Below the pieces are notes generated by a model. The model had not been told where the DNA came from. It did no database searches and saw only the letters and a list, made by a program, of their open reading frames with translations. 23,058 bases of DNA, taken from the IMG/VR virus record IMGVR_UViG_3300017725_001848; one strand, 5' to 3'. The stretch is from a virus. Both the position numbers and the translations under genes were made by a program. Shown here piece after piece: positions 1-7,856 of this stretch (its first letter is position 1; each line of letters starts with the position of its first letter).

Positions 1-83
1 AAACACACTATGGTCGCGGCCCATAATACACCTACTACAACAATGATCATCTGAGCCACACCGGCCCAATTAATATTACTCAT
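1..83 (-). CDS. Small membrane protein, runs off the window edge (MSNINWAGVAQMIIVVVGVLWAATIVC...)
   Basis: Manually translated; ATG at 83-81 preceded by AGGAGAG Shine-Dalgarno and a sigma70-type promoter; hydrophobic stretch. Confidence 0.7.
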   Translation of the reverse strand, partial: MSNINWAGVAQMIIVVVGVLWAATIVC

Positions 84-105
84 AATACTCTCCTATTATC
101 TATAT

Positions 106-134
106 AATATACACTAAACATCAGGGTTTGTCAA
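106..134 (-). promoter_or_regulatory. Sigma70-type early promoter TTGACA-N17-TATATT
   Basis: -35 at 134-129, 17-nt spacer, -10 at 111-106; overlaps the 3' end of the upstream ORF (..VDKP). Confidence 0.8.
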
Positions 135-309
135 CCGAAATGTCTTGAAATCTATTCTTTTTTGTGTATTGATCAGGAACAGGAACTCCCATACATTCAT
201 ACATATAGCGATAAACTAGATGCTTATTCGTACTGCGTAGAACTATATACTGATCCTTATATAGTGTATACTGATTACGATTCTCTGTTATATAGTATGA
301 TTCTTCCAT
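121..309 (-). CDS. Hypothetical protein (probable start ATG at 309, MEESYY...)
   Basis: ORF track 121..330; ATG 309 lies 5 nt downstream of a TAAATA motif, the same spacing as two other genes. Confidence 0.6.
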   Translation of the reverse strand: MEESYYITENRNQYTLYKDQYIVLRSTNKHLVYRYMYECMGVPVPDQYTKKNRFQDISVDKP

Positions 310-631
310 AACACTATTTACACAGACCACACCGTAAAAGGGCGGTTATACACGGTAGAAGTGGTGATGCTATGCGAATCGCATATAGTGCCGTATGAAC
401 TGTATGACACTATGCAGAACCATTATGACTGAAAAACCATACATTTTGACCACCCTTTTCTTTTTTTCGACGCCTTTGCCAACCATGCTTTTAGAAAAAT
501 ATTAGCCATATTTAAGCATAGACCAAACCTTAGAGGGGAATACCTATTCCCCGAATAACCCTGCTCTGCAGGTGCTATATGCTCTATATAGTGCTATTAG
601 TGTATGGGAGTGTTGTATGTGTGTCGGCCGG

Positions 632-1249
632 CTACCTTGTGGGAACAGTAAACACACTATCTCTATAGTTTGCACACAGTTGTTTCCAGTTTGATAACTC
701 ATCACAATGTATGGTTTTTAACAATTGATGATATTCATTAGTGTTACACATCAGCAATTTACCTATATCAATAGTTGTTACTGCACATACTCCATCGTAC
801 TTACTGTAGCTATTACGTTCTGGATCACTGCTAGTACAGGCTATTCTAGTATAATCTAGGTTTAGTACACTACGTTCTACAGTTGTATTGAATGCTACAG
901 TATTCCTTTTAACGAACTGTTGTTTGAGTTCTTCATTCACGTATGGAACTATTAGACTTATGGTATTACTAGCACTGATCAGTTCTATGTCACGGTCTAT
1001 AGCATAATAATTATGAATGGGAAACAGTTTATACACCACATTTGATTTATCATTCCACTGGTTATTCTTCACAGTTGTTTGCCAATCAGCTTCATCATAG
1101 TACCACATTAGATCATCATATGTAGCCCAGTCTAGTTGTGTAGGATTAAATTGTATGTCGTAGTTCTGAAAGCCTTTATGCTGATTGATGAACCAGGTTA
1201 GCCATGTTCCACCAGTTCCTGCATTGTAGCTTACTGAGTATACCTTCAT
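632..1249 (-). CDS. Hypothetical protein, possibly P-loop/sulfotransferase-like
   Basis: 205-aa ORF; N-terminal beta strand plus Gly-rich loop SYNAGTGGTWL resembles a 5'-PSB-type loop; product call weak. Confidence 0.5.
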   Translation of the reverse strand: MKVYSVSYNAGTGGTWLTWFINQHKGFQNYDIQFNPTQLDWATYDDLMWYYDEADWQTTVKNNQWNDKSNVVYKLFPIHNYYAIDRDIELISASNTISLIVPYVNEELKQQFVKRNTVAFNTTVERSVLNLDYTRIACTSSDPERNSYSKYDGVCAVTTIDIGKLLMCNTNEYHQLLKTIHCDELSNWKQLCANYRDSVFTVPTR

Positions 1250-1254
1250 ATAGT

Positions 1255-1262
1255 TATTTATA
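1255..1262 (-). promoter_or_regulatory. T4-type late promoter TATAAATA
   Basis: Exact T4 gp55 consensus 5 nt upstream of ATG 1249. Confidence 0.7.
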
Positions 1263-1292
1263 TGTTATATACCCTGTTTTAAAGCTTCAAGA

Positions 1293-1317
1293 AAAAATTT
1301 GCGAGCCGTGCTTCGCA
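1293..1317 (-). terminator. Probable intrinsic terminator
   Basis: TGCGA-AGCACGGC-TCGCA hairpin followed by AATTTTTT on the minus strand. Confidence 0.6.
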
Positions 1318-1627
1318 GATATAGTGAGAGGGTTGATAAACCCGCAATCTGAGTGTTGAAAACCCTAAACACTACTGTTAATAACAAAGTGCTCCTTTGG
1401 TCACTATCAACAGTAGGACATATAGGTTCGAGGTAACTTCTCTGCACTACATACGGTTGTAAGCTGACACGTATTGTTACGAACTATTAGTATATTACCC
1501 TAATAATAGCTAATTAGGTTTTCCTGGCCTGCTATATAATCCAGGTGCTATAAAATATCTAGGATCGGTGGTTGCTTACTTACGAATAAGGTACGAGCTT
1601 TGCTAAGACTCTTTATTACCGCCTAGT
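1293..1627 (-). ncRNA. Candidate ~330-nt structured non-coding RNA, family not recognised
   Basis: Bounded by a promoter (1633-1661) and a terminator; at least 7 helices found by eye plus a possible long-range loop pairing; no convincing ORF. Confidence 0.65.
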
Positions 1628-1632
1628 TAGCT

Positions 1633-1661
1633 AATATATAAGGGGTTTGGTTATTTGTCAA
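1633..1661 (-). promoter_or_regulatory. Sigma70-type promoter TTGACA-N17-TATATT driving the candidate ncRNA
   Basis: -35 at 1661-1656, -10 at 1638-1633. Confidence 0.8.
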
Positions 1662-1698
1662 CCTATATTAATCCCTATTATAAACCAGGGTATAAAGT

Positions 1699-1727
1699 TT
1701 GATCTTGGTAATCTTTTCGTGTATAAT
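1699..1727 (+). promoter_or_regulatory. Sigma70-type promoter TTGATC-N17-TATAAT, divergent from the ncRNA promoter
   Basis: -35 at 1699-1704, -10 at 1722-1727, upstream of ORF 1761. Confidence 0.7.
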
Positions 1728-1760
1728 ACACAGTATTACAATAAGAAAAGGAACTAAACA

Positions 1761-2012
1761 ATGGAACTAAACACACTAAAACAAAACTATATGATCAGAG
1801 TTAGACCCACTACAAGCACAGGTAGTAACAAAATGTTTGATGTACACTATATAAAAGCTATTAGCAAACAAGACGCACAATCACAATTAGAATCCTCAGA
1901 TTATGATGGGGAGATTATAGATGTATTGGAACCTGGATCAGATGTTTATGGACTTACAAAACATGATATACGAGCTTTCTTTAGACTAAAAGAGATCAAA
2001 AAAAGTCAATAA
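1761..2012 (+). CDS. Hypothetical early protein
   Basis: 83-aa ORF with AAGGA SD and an upstream promoter. Confidence 0.8.
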   Translation: MELNTLKQNYMIRVRPTTSTGSNKMFDVHYIKAISKQDAQSQLESSDYDGEIIDVLEPGSDVYGLTKHDIRAFFRLKEIKKSQ

Positions 2013-2025
2013 AATCACTAGAAAA

Positions 2026-2057
2026 AGGTTGACAAGCAAGAAGTCTTACTGTATAGT
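2026..2057 (+). promoter_or_regulatory. Early promoter TTGACA-N17-TATAGT (repeat copy 1)
   Basis: -35 at 2029-2034, -10 at 2052-2057; 2026-2055 is 29/30 identical to 2361-2390. Confidence 0.85.
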
Positions 2058-2095
2058 AGTAGCATAGTTAGAAACATATAAGGAATCACAATATA

Positions 2096-2374
2096 ATGTA
2101 TGATGTATTCACAAGTCAAACCGGAACTATATTCGGAAAGCAATTCCCTTCAGTAGAACTAGCAGAAAAGTATGCTCTTACACTAGGAATTGAAGCACAG
2201 ATCTTTAAGGTTGGAGATCCATTTACAGTTGTTAAAAATGTATTCCCTATTCGCTTTGAGGACGTAGATCAATCAGTATTAGATGCTGAAGATCTGTTGG
2301 ATCGGTATCCCAATAGCATAGAACAGTTGGATATATTGAAGAAAGATTATCTAGGAATAGAGGTTGACAAGTAA
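2096..2374 (+). CDS. Hypothetical early protein
   Basis: 92-aa ORF, AAGGA SD, flanked by the duplicated promoters. Confidence 0.8.
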   Translation: MYDVFTSQTGTIFGKQFPSVELAEKYALTLGIEAQIFKVGDPFTVVKNVFPIRFEDVDQSVLDAEDLLDRYPNSIEQLDILKKDYLGIEVDK

Positions 2375-2392
2375 GAAGTCTTACTGTATACT
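2361..2392 (+). promoter_or_regulatory. Early promoter TTGACA-N17-TATACT (repeat copy 2) with a dyad in the spacer
   Basis: -35 at 2364-2369, -10 at 2387-2392; AGTAAGA-AG-TCTTACT inverted repeat at 2370-2385. Confidence 0.85.
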
Positions 2393-2420
2393 GTAAGTAT
2401 ATTAAATAAAAGGAGCGATT

Positions 2421-2768
2421 ATGCAAAAGCAATACACGGTAGAAGAAATCCAAACAATACTAACACAGGCTAAAATCTCAGCCCAGAATGCTAGTCAGAA
2501 GTATTTAGACGAGCGACTAGGTGGTGAAGATAACTTTCCTTGTGGATTTGCTTGGGTTAACATCTATGGAATCAAAGGCAATACCAAAATGGGTCGTGCA
2601 ATGAAGGCCGCAGGTATTGAGAAAGATTAAAGTGGTAGCTATAAGATTTGGAATCCAGGTAATTTAAACGTGCAAAACGTTGAAGTTAAAAGTGCAGGTG
2701 CAGAAGCTTGTGCTGAAGTATTCAAACAATATGGGTTCACTGCTTATGCAGGAGATCGTTTAGACTAA
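2421..2768 (+). pseudogene. Phage protein of the CGFAWV...SRLD type interrupted by an in-frame TAA at 2628-2630
   Basis: The same frame continues SGSYKIWNPGNLNVQNVEVKSAGAEACAEVFKQYGFTAYAGDRLD to TAA 2766-2768, matching the C-terminus I recall for this family; AGGAG SD. Confidence 0.7.
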
Positions 2769-3082
2769 ACTTTAGGGTGTAGGTTTCTTTGAGTAGGCTC
2801 ACTACACATTCTTTTACAAATACTAGGGCAGTTGGAGTCATTTGATTCTAACTGCTTTTTTAATAGTTGCCAGGTAGGACTGGCTTTTATATTATCTAAT
2901 CCTTGATCAAATAGATTTAGATCTTCTACATTTAGATTGTTATCGTTTACCCATAATAGGAATTCATTCCAGTCTCTGGCATTGTTTACAAAACAACAGG
3001 GTTTTAGATATCCATCTGGACCAACAAATACACTATTGCCTTTGAGAAGAAGACATCTAGGAAATAGTTTTTTATTTTCCAT
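2765..3082 (-). CDS. Stand-alone SPASM/twitch-like Fe-S domain protein
   Basis: RC...GPDGYLKPCC...CPSICKRMC; overlaps the end of the upstream radical SAM gene. Confidence 0.75.
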   Translation of the reverse strand: MENKKLFPRCLLLKGNSVFVGPDGYLKPCCFVNNARDWNEFLLWVNDNNLNVEDLNLFDQGLDNIKASPTWQLLKKQLESNDSNCPSICKRMCSEPTQRNLHPKV

Positions 3083-3728
3083 AACGATGCTCTTTCCATT
3101 TAGCTAATTCTTCAGGGAATAGGTATTGTTCTATATTATGGGTTGTTTCTGGATAGGGTTGCCAACGTGTACTCTTACGAGCTTCAAAACTATTAAATCC
3201 CCATTCCTTTGCTAGTTCTTTAGCCTTGTCTGTTTGATGTTGATTGAAAGGGAATTCAATCCACTTCCACAATGTATATGGTCTACGTTCTTCTGGCATA
3301 GCCAATATGGTTTGCATTGCATAGGTTATATGTTTCCAATTACTACGAATACGATATGTACTATTTGTATCTCGTAATCCATCTACACTAAAAGTCCAGG
3401 TAGTATAACTTAAATCTAATTCAGCTATCTTATTCCATAATTCTGGTTTGGTATTACTAGCATTTGTTTCTATGAATACTGTTTTACCTTTACTATTATA
3501 ATAGTCTAGTATCTCTACAATATCTGGATGATATATGGGATCTCCATAACAACCCACAAACAGATACTCTTTGAAATCTGTATTGTCAGCAATCCATTTT
3601 ACTTTTTCTAGTGGCATATTTCCTGTATGCCATTCCTTTTTCAAATGTTTTTGATAGTTACGTGGACAAGCAGGACAACCCAATGTACAAATTGTGGTTA
3701 GTTCAAGTTCTATAGTATTTGTGTACAT
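3072..3728 (-). CDS. Radical SAM protein
   Basis: CTLGCPAC (CxxxCxxC), GCYGDP, ETNAS, FSVDG motifs. Confidence 0.9.
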   Translation of the reverse strand: MYTNTIELELTTICTLGCPACPRNYQKHLKKEWHTGNMPLEKVKWIADNTDFKEYLFVGCYGDPIYHPDIVEILDYYNSKGKTVFIETNASNTKPELWNKIAELDLSYTTWTFSVDGLRDTNSTYRIRSNWKHITYAMQTILAMPEERRPYTLWKWIEFPFNQHQTDKAKELAKEWGFNSFEARKSTRWQPYPETTHNIEQYLFPEELAKWKEHRYGK

Positions 3729-4381
3729 TACAACCTTTTCCAGATTTTATCAAACGTCTCACAACCTAATTTAACACCTGGATGTTTGTCGTCAAGCCAA
3801 TCATCTGTTGTTGAGTTATAGGCCAATGTTAAGTAATCTAATTCTGTAGTTATAACACCAGCATCTTTAAGCATTGTCTTTGTTCGGTTCCATTCTTTAG
3901 GTTTGCACACTCCTGGCCAGCCTCTGAATACATATACCTTAGCACCAAGTTTTGATAGCATACAAAGAACTTGAATTAAACACTCAGTATCTGCTTCTCC
4001 AGATAAGTGCTCCAATGGAAATACTTTACTACCACATATAATAAATTCATTTTTGTCTGTTATATTGTTTTGAAAAGTATTAACTTCATTACTATTATCT
4101 TCTTTGGTTAGGTATTGGTTAACATTACATGGTCTCTGATAGCCAGTTAATTGTACTACAATAGTTGTATCTTTGATTTCGTTTACTAGAAAATGATTAA
4201 GAAGTCTATACAACATTAACCCATGAGTACCACCTGATTGTTGTATTCTGGTTACTTTTTTCCAATTACCAAGTTCGTAATCCTTGTCTGGAGTTGAATC
4301 GTGTGTTGTTGGTATGTATCCATCAAAGTATGGCATCCAAGATCTACCAAGACTACACCCACATAATACTAGTTTTTTCAT
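3728..4381 (-). CDS. SGNH/GDSL-like hypothetical protein
   Basis: N-terminal GCS and C-terminal DxxHP (DDKHPG); TAATG coupling to the radical SAM gene. Confidence 0.6.
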   Translation of the reverse strand: MKKLVLCGCSLGRSWMPYFDGYIPTTHDSTPDKDYELGNWKKVTRIQQSGGTHGLMLYRLLNHFLVNEIKDTTIVVQLTGYQRPCNVNQYLTKEDNSNEVNTFQNNITDKNEFIICGSKVFPLEHLSGEADTECLIQVLCMLSKLGAKVYVFRGWPGVCKPKEWNRTKTMLKDAGVITTELDYLTLAYNSTTDDWLDDKHPGVKLGCETFDKIWKRL

Positions 4382-4399
4382 TGATTTTTCCTACTGTAC

Positions 4400-4440
4400 T
4401 ATTTAGTTGCATAATTTGTTAAAGTATGTTATAATAAATA
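4400..4440. promoter_or_regulatory. Back-to-back TAAATA late-promoter motifs
   Basis: TAAATA on minus (4405-4400) and plus (4435-4440) between divergent genes. Confidence 0.5.
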
Positions 4441-4472
4441 CAATTATAATTAAAAGAGAAAAGGCTTTTCGA

Positions 4473-6002
4473 ATGAATACCATATGGGGAATTAATGTTG
4501 GCACCCATGATAGTAGTATCAGTGTTTTTAACAAAAATAATAGTGAATTAGATCTAGTGTTTGCCGCACATGGTGAACGTAGCTCTAGGATTAAAAACGA
4601 CAAACTATTAAGTCATGATATATTCCAACAAGCGATAGCACACAATGGAGCTAGGCTTCCTAATGAAGTTGTGTATTACGAAAGAGACCTCAACAAAAGA
4701 ACCAGACAGCTTTGGGCAAGACAATGGAAAACAGCTCTGCGGAAACCATCAGTGAGCAGTTACCTACCAGGGTATGTCAAGGAATCTATACTCTATCCTT
4801 GGGTAGGGTCTAGAGAAACCAGTACAGAGCATCACAAAAGTCATGCCGCGGCTGGATATTATACTAGCCCATACACTGATGCCGCAGTAATAGTTGTTGA
4901 CAGCATTGGTGAATGGGATACCTTCACCGTTTGGCATGGCGTAGGAACCAAACTTAAAAAAGTTTACAGTCAAAGCTATCCCCACAGTTTAGGCTTGTGG
5001 TACTCAGCTATGACACAACGAGTAGGACTAAAGCCAAACGAAGAAGAGTATATTTTAATGGGCTGGGCCGCATTAGGAGATCCTAAAAGATTACACAAAG
5101 AAATATATGATGATTTCTTTTATCCACTAAAAGATGGATCATTAAAAGTCAAGTTCAAACACAATCTACACAGAGGTTGTCGTTGGTGGAGACCTGAATT
5201 AAACAAAATAAAAGACTATGCAGATATTTCAGCAGGTACACAAATTGTTTATGAATATGTATTCAATCATATAGTAAAAGAAACTCGCAAACTTGTTAAC
5301 AGTAAGAATTTAGTTGTAATGGGAGGTTGTGCATTAAATTGTGTAGCCAACAGTATTGCACACGAAGCCTATGATGGAAACGTTTGGATAATGCCAAACC
5401 CAGGTGATGCTGGTAGCAGTTTGGGAGCAGTACTTGCAAAATACAAAACATTCATTGAATGGAAAGGTCCTTATTTAGGTTTTAACATTAGAGGAGACTA
5501 TCCGGTTAAAGAATTGCTACAAGAACTAAAAACAAATAGATTAGTTGGAGTAGCAAATGGACAAGCAGAGTTTGGACCAAGAGCATTGGGTAACAGAAGT
5601 TTGTTAGCAGATCCACGTGGAGCAGATGTAAAAGACTTGGTTAATACAGTTAAGAAGCGAGAAGCATTTAGACCATTTGCACCAGTTATAATGGAAGAGT
5701 TTGCACACGAATACTTTGATGGACCAGTTGGACCTTATATGCAATACACAAGTAAATGCAGATATCCCAAAGAGTTTCCTGCTATTGCTCATATAGATAA
5801 TACAAGCAGAGTACAAACAGTTAACAAACAACAACACCCAGGCCTATATGAACTACTACAGAAATGGTATAAAGATACAGGTTGTCCTATGTTACTTAAT
5901 ACTAGTTTGAATATAAAAGGTGAGCCAATGGTAGACACAGAACAAGATGCAGAACGTTGGCAGGAAAAATATAAAGTAAAAGTCTTTACAAAATCAAAAT
6001 AA
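4473..6002 (+). CDS. Carbamoyltransferase (NodU/CmcH/TobZ family)
   Basis: HDSS, ERxSRIKND, HHxSHAA, GGCALN, PGDAGSSLG, EFGPRALGNRS, KxRExFRPFAP, LLNTSLN; start moved to ATG 4473. Confidence 0.95.
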   Translation: MNTIWGINVGTHDSSISVFNKNNSELDLVFAAHGERSSRIKNDKLLSHDIFQQAIAHNGARLPNEVVYYERDLNKRTRQLWARQWKTALRKPSVSSYLPGYVKESILYPWVGSRETSTEHHKSHAAAGYYTSPYTDAAVIVVDSIGEWDTFTVWHGVGTKLKKVYSQSYPHSLGLWYSAMTQRVGLKPNEEEYILMGWAALGDPKRLHKEIYDDFFYPLKDGSLKVKFKHNLHRGCRWWRPELNKIKDYADISAGTQIVYEYVFNHIVKETRKLVNSKNLVVMGGCALNCVANSIAHEAYDGNVWIMPNPGDAGSSLGAVLAKYKTFIEWKGPYLGFNIRGDYPVKELLQELKTNRLVGVANGQAEFGPRALGNRSLLADPRGADVKDLVNTVKKREAFRPFAPVIMEEFAHEYFDGPVGPYMQYTSKCRYPKEFPAIAHIDNTSRVQTVNKQQHPGLYELLQKWYKDTGCPMLLNTSLNIKGEPMVDTEQDAERWQEKYKVKVFTKSK

Positions 6003-6012
6003 TGTGTATAAT
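5985..6012 (+). promoter_or_regulatory. Possible promoter TTTACA-N16-TATAAT for the GIY-YIG gene
   Basis: -10 at 6007-6012, ATG 7 nt downstream, no SD. Confidence 0.5.
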
Positions 6013-6019
6013 AAAGTAA

Positions 6020-6520
6020 ATGAAGAGTATAAAAAAATATAAAACAACAGTCAAAGACGTTCTAGCAGACAATCCACAAGGCGGATATGTGTATAGAATA
6101 ATGTATAATGACAATGTTCCATTCTATATTGGAATGACACTCAAAGGTGTTAAAGCCAGATTCAAAACCCATATGGCAAAGTTTTATGGACACAAAAAGT
6201 ATCCTGGCAGACCTAATTGTCAAGAAATAGTATGTGAACACGCAGATCTTACATTTAAGTGTACAGGCAGACAAACTCACGGTTATAGAACCATAAGAGA
6301 GGTATTTGATAGCAATAAGATTAAATACGATATGTATAATGCTGAAGTAATACTAGAAAAGTTCAGCAATGAAGCATTGAACGATTATGGTACTGACTTG
6401 GGTAAACTTACAAACAAGTTTTACTTTGAACAGTTTGAAACAAACTTAATCGAAAAACTACTACCACTTGCAAACGATGAAACTATTCATTTAGCAAAAC
6501 AACGAGTAAAGGAATTATAA
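6020..6520 (+). CDS. GIY-YIG family nuclease (possible free-standing homing endonuclease)
   Basis: GYVY...FYIGMT...ARFKTH with later E...N residues. Confidence 0.75.
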   Translation: MKSIKKYKTTVKDVLADNPQGGYVYRIMYNDNVPFYIGMTLKGVKARFKTHMAKFYGHKKYPGRPNCQEIVCEHADLTFKCTGRQTHGYRTIREVFDSNKIKYDMYNAEVILEKFSNEALNDYGTDLGKLTNKFYFEQFETNLIEKLLPLANDETIHLAKQRVKEL

Positions 6521-6521
6521 T

Positions 6522-6644
6522 ATGGAATTTTTATTATGGCACGGGTTAGCAATAACTTCTGTGATAGCAATCAGCTTTGGTTTAGGATTTATAACAGGTA
6601 AACAATATGTTAATAACAATAAACGAATTCATAGAGGCAAATAA
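6522..6644 (+). CDS. 40-aa single-pass membrane peptide (MEFLLWHGLAITSVIAISFGLGFITGKQ...)
   Basis: Manually translated; fills the gap directly after the stop at 6520. Confidence 0.6.
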   Translation: MEFLLWHGLAITSVIAISFGLGFITGKQYVNNNKRIHRGK

Positions 6645-6840
6645 AGGATCATTTTTAAGGACGTTGGTCTTTACACTTGGTCATTTTATTATTGCGGCTA
6701 CAATACTTAAGATACTTGATCCAGGTATTGAAATGTGGGTTGCAGTAACAGATGCTATTGTTGAACCATTAGTTAATGCAGTATGGTTTTATATACTAGA
6801 TAGACTATGGATAGATAAACAATTAAAGAGAAGAAGATGA
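6607..6840 (+). CDS. DUF2061-like small membrane protein
   Basis: RTLVFTLGHFIIA...AIVEPLVNAVWFYILDRLW pattern. Confidence 0.7.
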   Translation: MLITINEFIEANKGSFLRTLVFTLGHFIIAATILKILDPGIEMWVAVTDAIVEPLVNAVWFYILDRLWIDKQLKRRR

Positions 6841-7079
6841 TATTAGAACTAGCAATAGCAGGAATGATGTCTTGTTATTTAAAAAAAGATATAATTGTTA
6901 GAGACGAGTTACTTTGTTTTTACCAATGTATGGACACAACAAAAGAGTTTGCTAGAACTTTAAAACAATACAGTTGTCCAACAACACTACACGTAGACAG
7001 ACAAGCACTACCATTTAGCGAACGAGATCGCAAAGGCAACAGGTGGACAAAAGAACAAATAGAAAAATATATAAAATGA
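6837..7079 (+). CDS. Hypothetical protein with four Cys
   Basis: 80-aa ORF, ATGA overlaps at both ends. Confidence 0.75.
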   Translation: MILELAIAGMMSCYLKKDIIVRDELLCFYQCMDTTKEFARTLKQYSCPTTLHVDRQALPFSERDRKGNRWTKEQIEKYIK

Positions 7080-7231
7080 GCAATAAGAAAGACTACACAA
7101 AACCAGAACCGGCAGAGTTACAAAGAAAACTTGATGAGGCAATGAAAAAGTTTTTGGCAAAGGGTGGCAAGATAGAAAAACTTGAACCAATGAAGCCAAC
7201 TAAAGACCAAGTAAAAAGTTGGAAGATATAA
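7076..7231 (+). CDS. SutA-like RNA polymerase-binding small protein
   Basis: LDEAMKKFLAKGGKIEKLEP resembles the SutA core (AMEEFLxRGGKVQEIEP, from memory); start at ATG 7076 by ATGA coupling. Confidence 0.6.
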   Translation: MSNKKDYTKPEPAELQRKLDEAMKKFLAKGGKIEKLEPMKPTKDQVKSWKI

Positions 7232-7413
7232 TGGCAACATTCATAGACATTCTAATAGGATTGTTCTTGGTATGCTTTGGTGGAATAGGGTATCACCTTA
7301 TATACACTTGGTATAAAGAAAAAGAATGGGCAAAAAACAATCCAGATGAATACAAAATGCAATACCCTATTGAAGACAAACCAAAAGCACCTAGAAAGAG
7401 TATGATGGAATGA
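7231..7413 (+). CDS. Small single-pass membrane protein
   Basis: N-terminal hydrophobic helix; TAATG coupling suggests start 7231 (track start 7219). Confidence 0.7.
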   Translation: MATFIDILIGLFLVCFGGIGYHLIYTWYKEKEWAKNNPDEYKMQYPIEDKPKAPRKSMME

Positions 7414-7856
7414 AAATATTAATATGTGGATTACCTGGCTCTGGTAAAACAACATTAGCAGAAAGAATTGCACCAGCATTGAATGCGGTCCATCTTAATG
7501 CAGATAAAGTTAGAGAAGAAGCCAACGATTGGGACTTTAGTCCAGAAGGCAGAACTAGACAAGCCAACAGAATGAAAACTATGGCAGATGAAGCCGTAGC
7601 AAAGAATAGAGTTGTAGTTGCAGACTTTATATGTCCAACGCAACAAACAAGAGATGATTTTAATGCAGATTATACAATTTGGATGAACACAATAAATGAA
7701 GGCAGGTATGAAGATACTAATAAAATGTTTCAACCTGTAAAAGAAGCAAACTTTGTATGTGAATATAAAGATGCAACAACACTAGGATATTTAATATTAC
7801 AAGAATTAAGAGATAAAATACAAGAGGAGAAGAATGAACACAGAAGTAGTGAGTAA
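7410..7856 (+). CDS. cysC: Adenylylsulfate (APS) kinase-like protein
   Basis: GLPGSGKT P-loop, LNADKVR, DFSPEGRTRQ, VVADFICP. Confidence 0.8.
   Translation: MKILICGLPGSGKTTLAERIAPALNAVHLNADKVREEANDWDFSPEGRTRQANRMKTMADEAVAKNRVVVADFICPTQQTRDDFNADYTIWMNTINEGRYEDTNKMFQPVKEANFVCEYKDATTLGYLILQELRDKIQEEKNEHRSSE

Noticed and set aside
423-509. 28-aa minus-strand ORF MANIFLKAWLAKASKKRKGWSKCMVFQS
   Set aside because: No SD, and the nearby TAAATA overlaps the ATG; too little support
1265-1447. 60-aa minus-strand ORF
   Set aside because: GTG start without SD, runs through strong helices and a terminator; better explained as part of the ncRNA
1293-1627. Identification as RNase P RNA, tmRNA or group I intron
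   Set aside because: CAGGAAAACC only loosely resembles GAGGAAAGUCC and the 3' consensus is missing; no tRNA-like ends or tag frame; no flanking exons or clear P7 motifs
2026-2390. CRISPR mini-array
   Set aside because: Only two copies, 335 bp apart with a gene between; the repeats are promoters
2628-2630. Genome-wide stop-codon reassignment
   Set aside because: TAA, TAG and TGA all end genes cleanly elsewhere in the window
4407-4472. N-terminal extension of the carbamoyltransferase
   Set aside because: TTG start inside the divergent promoter region; the family-like sequence starts at ATG 4473
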